A stretch of 41,836 nucleotides of DNA, taken from NCBI GenBank assembly GCA_041160645.1, contig JBEAVZ010000113.1, positions 1 to 41,836 on the forward strand. The letters run 5' to 3'. The position numbers and the translations under genes are program-made. The stretch is from Acidobacteriota bacterium. Lineage in GTDB: Bacteria > Acidobacteriota > Blastocatellia > RBC074. Of the stretch, positions 25,037 to 33,666 are shown piece by piece (positions within the stretch are counted from its first letter, which is position 1; each line of letters begins with the position of its first letter). Below the pieces are notes generated by a model. It searched no databases. It had not been told where the DNA came from and saw only the letters and a list, made by a program, of their open reading frames with translations.

Positions 25037-26125
25037 ATGAAAAGATTATTGTTTACGCTCACGCTGATCCTGGTTGGACTCTCACTGACGCCGGCGCAGT
25101 CCGATCCCTGGCGAAGAGCCCTTCCTCCGTACCAATTCGACTTTGCACGCGATCACGCGAGCCATCCCGACTACAAGATCGAATGGTGGTACTACACTGG
25201 CAATCTGCAGACTACCGATGGTCGCCGCTTTGGTTATCAGCTGACCTTCTTCCGGGTCGGGATCGACTTTCAGCCGGCCAATCCATCGCGCTGGGCGGTG
25301 CGCGACCTCTATACGGCCCATTTCGCGGTGAGTGATCTTGATCGGGACACCTTCCGCCACGCTGAGCGAATGAACCGGGCCGGCGTTGGCTGGGCGGGGG
25401 CGGACGAGAAGAACTACCGGGTCTGGAATGAGGACTGGGAGGCCCGGCACGATACCGACGGCCACCACCTTCTCCGCGCCACTGACGAGGGAATGGCGAT
25501 CGAGCTGCGCCTCGCGCCGGGCAAACCGCCGGTCATTCAGGGTGAGAAGGGGGTCAGTCAGAAGGGTGACGCCGCCGGCAACGCCTCCCACTACTACTCA
25601 CTGACGCGTATGCCAACCCAGGGCACGCTGGTCATCGATGGACAGCGGATCGAAGTGAGTGGCGAGAGCTGGATGGACCACGAGTTCGGGACGAGCTTTC
25701 TCGAACCCGGACAGATTGGCTGGGACTGGCTCTCGATTCAGCTCGAGGATGGGACCGATCTGATGCTCTATCAGTTCCGGCGTGCGGACGGAAAGACCGA
25801 CCCCCATTCGAATGGCATGCTGGTCGGGACGAAGGGTGAGACCAGCCGACTCTCCGCCGAACAGTTCAGCCTGACGCCGCTCGAGTACTGGGACTCCCCG
25901 GCGAGTGGCGCCCGCTACCCGATCGCCTGGAAGATCGAGATTCCCTCCCGTGGAGTGACGCTGACCGCGCGTGCGGCGATCAGGAATCAGGAACTGCAGA
26001 CCAATGAATCGACCCGCGTCACCTACTGGGAGGGCGCCATCACACTTGAAGGAAGTGCGCGGGGTCGCGGCTACCTGGAGATGACTGGCTACGCTGGTGC
26101 CGCCATGGGCGCGTTCAAAAATTGA
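25037..26125 (+). CDS. Secreted AttH/CrtC-like lipocalin-fold protein (hydroxyneurosporene-synthase-like domain)
   Basis: Signal peptide [22 protein letters not shown]. Hallmark [29 protein letters not shown]. It starts 2 nt after the permease stop, as in AttEFGH-type clusters. Confidence 0.7.
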   Translation: MKRLLFTLTLILVGLSLTPAQSDPWRRALPPYQFDFARDHASHPDYKIEWWYYTGNLQTTDGRRFGYQLTFFRVGIDFQPANPSRWAVRDLYTAHFAVSDLDRDTFRHAERMNRAGVGWAGADEKNYRVWNEDWEARHDTDGHHLLRATDEGMAIELRLAPGKPPVIQGEKGVSQKGDAAGNASHYYSLTRMPTQGTLVIDGQRIEVSGESWMDHEFGTSFLEPGQIGWDWLSIQLEDGTDLMLYQFRRADGKTDPHSNGMLVGTKGETSRLSAEQFSLTPLEYWDSPASGARYPIAWKIEIPSRGVTLTARAAIRNQELQTNESTRVTYWEGAITLEGSARGRGYLEMTGYAGAAMGAFKN

Positions 26126-26138
26126 TCCTGATCGAGTG

Positions 26139-26168
26139 TTGACAAACTCCATTGACCGGTGGCATTAT
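26139..26168 (+). promoter_or_regulatory. Sigma-70-like promoter candidate for the tRNA gene (TTGACA-18 nt-CATTAT)
   Basis: TTGACA at 26139-26144 and CATTAT at 26163-26168, 18 nt upstream of the mature tRNA 5' end. Confidence 0.45.
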
Positions 26169-26185
26169 GTCGATTCTTTCGGTTA

Positions 26186-26259
<74 letters not shown>

Positions 26260-26263
26260 CTTA

Positions 26264-26316
26264 AAAGCAGAAGGGCCTCCAGTGATTATCTGGAGGCCCT
26301 TCTGCTTTCTGTTTTA
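26264..26316. terminator. Bidirectional intrinsic terminator (19-bp stem) after the tRNA
   Basis: AAAGCAGAAGGGCCTCCAG (26264-26282), a 7-nt loop, then CTGGAGGCCCTTCTGCTTT (26290-26308). It is followed by CTGTTTTA on the plus strand and UUUUAA on the minus strand. Confidence 0.85.
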
Positions 26317-26331
26317 TGTCCCCGCTCATGA

Positions 26332-26367
26332 CCGGATGGCGCGGCTGAAAATCGCCGCGCCATCCGG
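26332..26367 (-). terminator. 14-bp perfect hairpin immediately 3' of the PhoD-like gene (no U-tract of its own)
   Basis: CCGGATGGCGCGGC (26332-26345), an 8-nt loop, then GCCGCGCCATCCGG (26354-26367). It lies 4 nt after the stop at 26372 and upstream (in the minus sense) of the bidirectional terminator. Confidence 0.5.
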
Positions 26368-26371
26368 ATCC

Positions 26372-29005
26372 TCAGAGATCGACCTTCAGAACCGCCATTT
26401 CACTACCGGCCACGATCCCCTCGAAGGTCCGCCAGCGGGCGGTTCCGGGTTCGCCGAGGTGGATCGTGTATCGTCCCGGGGCAAAGACCTTCGGCTTAAA
26501 CTCCCGCCCCCTGATCCGCAAAGCATAGATCATCTCGCCAGTCGCCTCCTCAACGACCTGAACGACGGCATCGGACATGCCGGTGATCTTCAGCGTCGGG
26601 AGCCAGGCCACGGCCCGCCGGCCATAATTGTCGGTCTGGTTGATGGTGATCGGCCAGCCCTGATACTGGCGCCCGGTTTGCGGATCGGCAAACCGCGGCC
26701 AGCATTCGAGCCGCATCGTTCGGGCGGCTTTATTGAAACGGATAATGTTATACCCAGGCGACTTGCGATGGAGTTCTACCGGTTCGGGAAACTGGCCGGG
26801 CTGGGGATTCTCGACCGGATTGGCGACGGCGTGGATGGTCAGCCGGTTATGAAAACCATCCTCATAGTTCCCGGTAAAAGGCTGGTCGAGCCGCTCCCCC
26901 TCGAGCGGCGGATAGATTGGATTCCAGAAACGAATGTAGACATTGGCAATGGCCGGCGAGCACTGTGACCAGCCAGCGTCCCCGTACTCATCGATCCCGT
27001 GCTGAAGTGCGCTCGCGAGGTGCTGGTCGCCGGCGACGTGAAGCATGAAGCCCCGTCGCAGTTCCCGCAGCGCCGCCTTGCGCCCGGACTGCGGCCAGCC
27101 GTTCGAGTCGAGATCTTTGTCCAGCTCACCAGTTGTCGGTGGACGTGAACTGATCTGCAGATTGCAGAAGATCGTCTGGCTCAGGCAAGCCTTCATCTGC
27201 TGACCGCGCCAGTCGGTCGCAAACTCGCGCAGAAACCGGAGCTGTCGGTCCCCGAGCAGTTGCGCGCCGGGCAGATCAGCCGCGCGAGTATCGAAATCCT
27301 TGTCAGTAATGTGGCTGTCACGGGTCATCCGCGCCTTGACGATCGAAGGTGACGATTTGAATTTGCGATCCTCGAGAATGGCAAAGCCGACTCCACCCCA
27401 GATGAGCCGGGTATAGTAGACTTCGATTCCCTGGCTGACCGGAGTGGGATCCCATGGATCAGGCAGATGGCTGGTCTGGGTCCGCTGCATCATGTTGAGC
27501 CAACCGGGAGGCATACCATAACCACCCTGGAGTCCGGCCGGATCGCCTGGCGCCGCGGCACGCCCACCGTCTCCCCAGATGTTGCCGTGGTAGACGTCAT
27601 GATCGTCGGGAATGCAGATACACGGGCGATGGCGGACGAGATCGGCAAATGTCCAGCACCAGAGATACCATTTGTAGAGGTAGTCGAGGGCCGCCTCCTC
27701 GACCGGCGACTGCACCATGCGCGTCGGATTGCCCTCATAGATCTGATCTCCGGCAAAGAAATAGAGGTCGGGATTCTGCCTCTGCAGGTTTGGAGTCAGA
27801 TCGGCGTGTGGGAAGTTGACGTTGTAGTTCCAGCGAAAGGTCTGATTTGCGCCCAGCGGTCCATTGATCTGCTGGACACAACTGAGCGAGGCGAGGACCA
27901 GTTCGTCCTTTCCGACGGGATTGGCGGCGACCGTGCCCTCCCAGTGATGTGCCGAGTCAGCAGGAGTCCGTCCGCGGATCGATCTGAGTCGATAGCGGAT
28001 CCGGTAGGGAACATCCTGCCGATCATCCCAGTTTGGGAGCCGGAAGCGGGCGACCCAGCCGGTCGGTTCGATCTTCGCCGTCTGAACAGTTCGCCAGACC
28101 GCGCCACGTTTCAGCTGCAGCTCGACTGTCTGACGTTCATCCCCGCCCAGCGGGGTCAACTGGGCAGTCAGTTTGAGCAGCCGGTCGTGAACCGTGTAGA
28201 GCGCGCCAATGATCGGGCCACAGGTCCGATCCGGATGGACGACGATTCGCGGCCCCGTGACCTGCCAGTCCCTGAACCAGAAACGGGCCGTCTTCTCTCC
28301 CGTCCCGGGATGGGAGACCAGCGCGACATTGCCAACCAACTGGGCCGGCAGAACCATCTGGGTCGCCCGACTGAGTTCCCTTCCGGCCATGTCGCGCGCG
28401 ACAAGGACCAGTTCGCCCTGACCATTCCCGGTCAGTTCAAGCACGATCTCCGCCGGACCCGGGCGATGGAGCCGACGACCCTCTCGCTTTGGCGGTGGTT
28501 TGGTAAAGTCACGAAAGAAGACCTCCCCGGCCGCGTCACATCCGGAAAACCATCCCCCCCCGGGGCCCGGTTGATGATGGATCAGCGCCGCGGCGCGGTA
28601 GTCGATCGACTCACCACCGGCCCCGACCAGAAAGCCGGCCGCGGCGTCGACCGTCGCCTCTCCACCATCGATCAGACCCAGCCTGACGCGCAGGGTGAAG
28701 GGCGCGGGCGCGGGACCAAGGCGATGTGTCAACAGGTGGAGCGTGCGCATCGGGCTCTCCGGCCGCCGGTCGAGACACTCGATCCGCCCCGCGCGAAGCC
28801 GCCAGTCCTGCAGCCGGTTCGCCCAGAATTCCGGCCCCACAAAGGTCCGCTCGACATTCTCCGGCAGGTGACTTCGGTAGCCCCCGCGCCCGGATGGACT
28901 TGTGGATGGACGTGTGGATGGACGTGTGGTTTGTTGCGCGGCGACAGTCATCCCGGCCGTACTGACGACCGCGGTCTTGATAAAGGTTCGTCTGGTGCCC
29001 GCCAC
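26372..29005 (-). CDS. Tat-exported PhoD-like metallophosphatase (large N-terminal extension)
   Basis: Twin-arginine signal MAGTRRTFIKTAVVSTAG. The C-terminal half carries calcineurin/PhoD-like motifs (YFFAGDQIYEGN, IPDDHDVYHGNIWGDGG, VAGDQHLASA). Confidence 0.65.
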   Translation of the reverse strand: MAGTRRTFIKTAVVSTAGMTVAAQQTTRPSTRPSTSPSGRGGYRSHLPENVERTFVGPEFWANRLQDWRLRAGRIECLDRRPESPMRTLHLLTHRLGPAPAPFTLRVRLGLIDGGEATVDAAAGFLVGAGGESIDYRAAALIHHQPGPGGGWFSGCDAAGEVFFRDFTKPPPKREGRRLHRPGPAEIVLELTGNGQGELVLVARDMAGRELSRATQMVLPAQLVGNVALVSHPGTGEKTARFWFRDWQVTGPRIVVHPDRTCGPIIGALYTVHDRLLKLTAQLTPLGGDERQTVELQLKRGAVWRTVQTAKIEPTGWVARFRLPNWDDRQDVPYRIRYRLRSIRGRTPADSAHHWEGTVAANPVGKDELVLASLSCVQQINGPLGANQTFRWNYNVNFPHADLTPNLQRQNPDLYFFAGDQIYEGNPTRMVQSPVEEAALDYLYKWYLWCWTFADLVRHRPCICIPDDHDVYHGNIWGDGGRAAAPGDPAGLQGGYGMPPGWLNMMQRTQTSHLPDPWDPTPVSQGIEVYYTRLIWGGVGFAILEDRKFKSSPSIVKARMTRDSHITDKDFDTRAADLPGAQLLGDRQLRFLREFATDWRGQQMKACLSQTIFCNLQISSRPPTTGELDKDLDSNGWPQSGRKAALRELRRGFMLHVAGDQHLASALQHGIDEYGDAGWSQCSPAIANVYIRFWNPIYPPLEGERLDQPFTGNYEDGFHNRLTIHAVANPVENPQPGQFPEPVELHRKSPGYNIIRFNKAARTMRLECWPRFADPQTGRQYQGWPITINQTDNYGRRAVAWLPTLKITGMSDAVVQVVEEATGEMIYALRIRGREFKPKVFAPGRYTIHLGEPGTARWRTFEGIVAGSEMAVLKVDL

Positions 29006-29009
29006 AGGT

Positions 29010-30422
29010 CTAGCCTCCGCTTCGATAGTCAGGATTTGGATTCATCATCTGCGCGCCAACCGACCGCCGCCAGGCCGCCAATTGACGGCGCATTCGCGCG
29101 GCGAGCGCGGGCCGCTTCCGCGCCAGATCGTCGCGCTCACCGGGATCACGACGCAGATCATAGAGTTCGACATGGCCATCCTGATAAAACTCGATCAGCT
29201 TGTAGTCACCCTGCCGGATGGCCGCTCCAGGCTGATTGACATCCCCGGCGTTGACACTCTGGTTGCTGTAGTGCGGATAGTGCCAGTACAGCGGCGGTGA
29301 TCGGCGGCGCCCCTTCCCGGTCAGCAGCGGGGCCAGGCTCACCCCATCCAGACCAGTCCTGTTTCGCCATCCCCCCAGGTCGACCAGGGTGGCAAAGAGA
29401 TCCATCGAAGTGACCGGAGTCTGGTCGATGACCCCAGCCTTGATCTTTCCCGGCCAGGTGACGATGAGCGGGACGCGAATCCCGCCCTCGTAAAGGTAGC
29501 CCTTCCCGGCCCGCAGCGGAGCATTGTCGGTGGGCGGAGTGTCCGGCCCCTCTCTGACCGACAGGCCTCCATTGTCAGAAGTAAAGATGACGATCGTCTT
29601 CTCACTCAATCCCAACTGATCGACCTTGCGCGTCAAACGGCCGATGCTGTCATCCATGCTCTCGATCATCGCCGCGTAGACCGGATTGTTCTGGCCCTGC
29701 GCCGGACGCGGCCGGGCCCGGTATTTGGCAACCAGCTCCGCGCGGGCCCGCATCGGGATGTGGACCGAATAGTGGGGAAAATAGAGGAAGAAGGGCTGGT
29801 CACGATGGCGCTCGATAAACTTCTCCGCCTCGGTCGTCAGCCGGTCAGGGAGATACTCGCCGGCTACCGCCTGCTCCAGACCGGGCATCGAACGTCCATC
29901 ACGCTGGAAAGGAGCAAAATAGCTGAGCGGCGTTCCAGTATGATCACCGGCAATATTCACATCGAAGCCCTGCCTCTCCGGCTCAAAACCGGCTCCCCCG
30001 AGGTGCCATTTCCCAATATGCCCGGTTACGTAGCCAGCCTCCCGGAGGGCCTCGGCCACCGTGACCTCGGCCAGTGGCAGCTCCGGGCGGATTGGTGGTC
30101 GGGAGAGCCGCTGCGCCGGCAGATCAGGGCGCCCGGGCAGCCAGTCGGTCAGGTGGAGCCGCGCCGGATGCTTGCCCGTCATCAGCGCCGCCCGCGTCGG
30201 CGAACAGACCGGGGCGGCGGCATAAGCGTCGGTGAACCGTCTCCCGCGCGCCGCCAATGCATCGATATTGGGCGTTTGATGATACGTGCTGCCGTAACAA
30301 CCCGAATCCGCCCAGCCATAATCATCGATCAGAACCAGAATGATATTGGGCGGACGGCTCTGGGCGAAAGCTCCGCCCGCGAGAAGAAAAGCGAAGATTA
30401 TCGATAGTAATCGGCTGGGCAT
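29010..30422 (-). CDS. Sulfatase (formylglycine-dependent arylsulfatase family)
   Basis: Signal peptide. NIILVLIDDYGWAD, and the formylglycine motif CSPTRAALMTG (C-x-P-x-R). Confidence 0.9.
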   Translation of the reverse strand: MPSRLLSIIFAFLLAGGAFAQSRPPNIILVLIDDYGWADSGCYGSTYHQTPNIDALAARGRRFTDAYAAAPVCSPTRAALMTGKHPARLHLTDWLPGRPDLPAQRLSRPPIRPELPLAEVTVAEALREAGYVTGHIGKWHLGGAGFEPERQGFDVNIAGDHTGTPLSYFAPFQRDGRSMPGLEQAVAGEYLPDRLTTEAEKFIERHRDQPFFLYFPHYSVHIPMRARAELVAKYRARPRPAQGQNNPVYAAMIESMDDSIGRLTRKVDQLGLSEKTIVIFTSDNGGLSVREGPDTPPTDNAPLRAGKGYLYEGGIRVPLIVTWPGKIKAGVIDQTPVTSMDLFATLVDLGGWRNRTGLDGVSLAPLLTGKGRRRSPPLYWHYPHYSNQSVNAGDVNQPGAAIRQGDYKLIEFYQDGHVELYDLRRDPGERDDLARKRPALAARMRRQLAAWRRSVGAQMMNPNPDYRSGG

Positions 30423-30523
30423 TCTCTTTTTGTCTCTTCACAGAGGATGGCGTGGTCACGCTTGAGGCGCGACCCGGATTGAAAACCGGATTGTAAACTT
30501 GAACCGACCAGACCTGACTCAGT

Positions 30524-32134
30524 CTAGCGGAGTGACTCGCGCGCCGCCGCGGCCGCGCCGATCAGCCCCGCCTCGTAGCCAAGCGGCGAGAAGCAGACTT
30601 CGAGGCGTCGCAAATCAGGAGCAATAATGGATCGATCGAGCTCGGCACGCAGGGCTTCCAGCAAAAGGGGATTGTTCTGGGTCAGCCCACCGGCAATGAT
30701 CAGCCTGGCCGGATCGAGCAGATTGATCGCCAGGGCACAGCCCCGGGCCAGATAGCTGGCGAAGGTCGCGATCGCCTGCCCGGCCCGCGCCTCTCCGGCA
30801 CGTTCGGCCGCAATCACCTCCGCCGCGGTCGTGAAACCTTCTCCGGCATAACGAACCAGCGCGGCCGCGTTGGCGTACACCTCCAGACAACCGCGCTTGC
30901 CACAGGTACAGGGCAGCCCGTCTGGTTCGATCGTCACATGGCCGATCGCGTTGGCGATCGAATGGGCGCCCTCGTGGAGCCGCCCCCCAATGTAGACTCC
31001 CCCGCCAACACCGGTGCCGAGGGTCACACACAGAAAATCGTCGACCCCGCGGGCCGCCCCAAAATGGCGCTCAGCCACGGCGAGGGCATTGGCATCATTG
31101 ATCACGGCCACCGGCAGCCCGGTGGACTCCCGGAGACGGCGCCCCGGTTCGGCATTGGTCCAGCCCGGCAAATTTTCGGAGGCATAGATGACGCGACCGG
31201 CCCGTGGATCGACCCAACCCGCCGTGGCCAGGCCAATCGCGACGGGAGTGAGTCCCCGCTCGCGCGCTTCCTCAAGATGGACCTCGACCAGCTCTTCCAG
31301 CTGCCCGAGCAGCGCAGCAGCGCCGCCGGTCAACGTCGCCGTCACCGCCGAGTGGATCAACTCTCCGGCATCGGTCACCAGGCCCGACTTGATGTTCGTC
31401 CCGCCGAGATCGATTCCGATAAAACAGCGCTCTTCACCAACCCGGGCCCCCGCCTGCACCGCCTTCGCAAAACGTCGCGTAATCTCATGCGGTCTGGTGA
31501 TCGCCGTTCCGACAATCACCGCAAACGCGCCGGCCTCCATAGCGGCCCGCGCCTCTTCCGGCTCCCAGATCCGCCCCTCGGCGATGACCGGCACGGTGAC
31601 GGCCCGGCATAAATCGGCAATGAAATCGGGTTCAAATCTCCGGAACTGCTCCGTCTCGACCGTGTAGCCCCGCATAGTGGAAAGAACAAAGTCGGCCCCT
31701 GCTTCCGCGGCACTGACCCCCTCCGCAACCGTTGCGATATCGGCCAGTACCGGAACCCCCAACTCTTCCCGGATCCGGCGCAAGCGGTCCAGCGCCCCAT
31801 ACTGCTGCCCGCGCGCCGTACAATCGAGCGCGATCATGTCAGCTCCGGCGGCAACCAGCTCACGCGCCGACTCCACCGTCGGGGTGATCAGAATCCGCCC
31901 ATCGGCGTGATAACTCTTCCTGATGCCGATGATCGGCACCGTGACCGCCGCGCGAATGGCGGTAATATCCTCCGCCCCCTCGGCACGAATCCCTGCCGCG
32001 CCGCCAGCCAGAGCGGCTTGCGCAAAACGGACCATCGCCTCAGCCGCCCGGAATGCGTCGCCCTCCGCGGCCTGACACGAAACGATCAACCGCCCCTCGA
32101 AGCTACGACAGATCTCGGGAATCCCGCTCCTCAT
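30524..32134 (-). CDS. Fusion protein: N-acetylmannosamine-6-phosphate 2-epimerase (NanE) domain plus ROK-family sugar kinase (NanK-like) domain
   Basis: N-terminal half LIVSCQAAEGDAF ... GGAAGIRAEG ... VPIIGIRK is NanE-like. C-terminal half IGIDLGGTNIKSG ... CTCGKRGCLEVY has the ROK ATP-binding and zinc motifs. The ATG at 32134 sits 5 nt after GAGGAG. Confidence 0.8.
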   Translation of the reverse strand: MRSGIPEICRSFEGRLIVSCQAAEGDAFRAAEAMVRFAQAALAGGAAGIRAEGAEDITAIRAAVTVPIIGIRKSYHADGRILITPTVESARELVAAGADMIALDCTARGQQYGALDRLRRIREELGVPVLADIATVAEGVSAAEAGADFVLSTMRGYTVETEQFRRFEPDFIADLCRAVTVPVIAEGRIWEPEEARAAMEAGAFAVIVGTAITRPHEITRRFAKAVQAGARVGEERCFIGIDLGGTNIKSGLVTDAGELIHSAVTATLTGGAAALLGQLEELVEVHLEEARERGLTPVAIGLATAGWVDPRAGRVIYASENLPGWTNAEPGRRLRESTGLPVAVINDANALAVAERHFGAARGVDDFLCVTLGTGVGGGVYIGGRLHEGAHSIANAIGHVTIEPDGLPCTCGKRGCLEVYANAAALVRYAGEGFTTAAEVIAAERAGEARAGQAIATFASYLARGCALAINLLDPARLIIAGGLTQNNPLLLEALRAELDRSIIAPDLRRLEVCFSPLGYEAGLIGAAAAARESLR

Positions 32135-32181
32135 GAAACTCCTCTCCCCACCCTTCCACCAGCAGCGCCACGACCTTCCGC

Positions 32182-32328
32182 TCACTTCGCTGGTTCAATC
32201 CTCACCTCTCTGCTGAAGAGCGGGATCGAACGCTGCACCGATTGATAGACTCCCCAGGCCAGCGGCAGCGCGACAATGAGCCAGGCCAGAATCAGAAAGA
32301 ACCTTTTCAGCGGACTGGTCTGGCTCAT
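32182..32328 (-). CDS. 48-aa single-TM membrane peptide coupled to the MFS gene (candidate MFS transporter small subunit); absent from the ORF track
   Basis: Hand translation: MSQTSPLKRFFLILAWLIVALPLAWGVYQSVQRSIPLFSREVRIEPAK. Its ATG overlaps the MFS stop as ATGA (32325-32328). One hydrophobic helix is flanked by basic residues. Confidence 0.55.
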   Translation of the reverse strand: MSQTSPLKRFFLILAWLIVALPLAWGVYQSVQRSIPLFSREVRIEPAK

Positions 32329-33644
32329 CGGGCCACCTCATCTGTTTCCTGGTGGGCCAATGGGCGAACCAGCCGGTTGGCCAGATATCCAATGCCGAGG
32401 ATTACGGCCATCACGTACATGGTCGAATTGTAAGCCTCCGCCGCCGCCACTCCCCGGGCAATCTGTGCCGTCGAGATGTAGTTGACCAGGGTCGGTCCGA
32501 TCAGCGCCGCAACCGACCAGGCCGTGATCAGGCGCCCGTGGATCGCTCCAACCTGGTGGATCCCAAAGAGATCGCGCAGATAGGCGGGGATGGTCGCAAA
32601 TCCTCCCCCATACATCGAGATAATCAATGCAGTGACCACGACAAACAGGATCCGGTTCTGAATATTCTGCGTCCAGGGAATCAGACAGTAGAGGACTGCA
32701 CCAAAGAGAAAATAGATCCGGTAGACAACCTTCCGACCGGTATAGTCGGAGACGGAAGACCAGAAGAAACGGCCCCCCATATTAAAGATGCTGAGCAGTC
32801 CGGCAAAACCTCCGCCAACCGCGGCGCTCACGCCAAACATATCCGAACACATCTTCGAGGCCTGACCAAGAATCCCGATTCCCGCACTGACGTTCATGCA
32901 GAGGACAATCCAGAGCAACCAGAACTGGCGGGTGCGCCAGGCCTGGTCGACCCCAATCTCGGCCGGTCGCGGTCGCGAGGTGCGCTGCTGCGGGAGCTTC
33001 CAGCCCGGTGGCCGCCACTCGGCGGGTGGAACCCGGATGATTGCCGCCCCAAAGAGCATGAAGACGGCATACAGGATCGCCAGAACAATAAATGTCTCGG
33101 CGACTCCCCCCGAGCTGGCGGATCTGAAGAGATCCATCAGCCGTACCCCGAGCGGAGCCCCAATCAGGGCTCCGCCGCCGAACCCCATGATCGCCATGCC
33201 CGTCGCCATACCGGGCCGATCGGGAAACCACTTCATCAGCGTGGAGACCGGCGCGATGTAGCCCAGCCCCAGCCCAATCCCCCCGACCACTCCGTATCCA
33301 AGGTAGAGAAACCAGATACTCTGCAGCTTTACGCCAAGGGCGCTGATGAGCAGACCGCCACAGAAACAGACGCAACTGGCGACGATCGTCTTGCGCGGCC
33401 CGCTCCGCTCGACCCACTTGCCGAAGAATGCCGCGGCGAGACCAAGCATGCAGAGCGCAATCGAATAGATCCATCCGACCATCGGAATGGTCCAGTTGGC
33501 CCCCACCCGGGTCAGCGGCACATTGAAGACCGAGAATCCGTAGACCTCGCCAATGCACATATGGACGGCAATCGCCGCCGGAGGAACCAACCAACGGTTG
33601 AATCCTGGGGCGGCGATCGTCTGTTCTCGTGAGAGTATCTTCAT
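32325..33644 (-). CDS. MFS transporter, OFA (oxalate/formate antiporter-like) family
   Basis: 439 aa, 12 predicted TM helices. The N-terminus NRWLVPPAAIAVHMCIGEVYGFSVF is typical of OFA/YhjX-like MFS proteins. Confidence 0.75.
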   Translation of the reverse strand: MKILSREQTIAAPGFNRWLVPPAAIAVHMCIGEVYGFSVFNVPLTRVGANWTIPMVGWIYSIALCMLGLAAAFFGKWVERSGPRKTIVASCVCFCGGLLISALGVKLQSIWFLYLGYGVVGGIGLGLGYIAPVSTLMKWFPDRPGMATGMAIMGFGGGALIGAPLGVRLMDLFRSASSGGVAETFIVLAILYAVFMLFGAAIIRVPPAEWRPPGWKLPQQRTSRPRPAEIGVDQAWRTRQFWLLWIVLCMNVSAGIGILGQASKMCSDMFGVSAAVGGGFAGLLSIFNMGGRFFWSSVSDYTGRKVVYRIYFLFGAVLYCLIPWTQNIQNRILFVVVTALIISMYGGGFATIPAYLRDLFGIHQVGAIHGRLITAWSVAALIGPTLVNYISTAQIARGVAAAEAYNSTMYVMAVILGIGYLANRLVRPLAHQETDEVAR

Positions 33645-33666
33645 TGGTCTCGATCAGCCGGCGGGA

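Noticed and set aside
27467-29239. 590-aa plus-strand ORF
   Set aside because: It is antisense to the PhoD-like and sulfatase genes. Its composition is Arg/Pro/Gly-rich and it has no motifs, so it is a shadow ORF.
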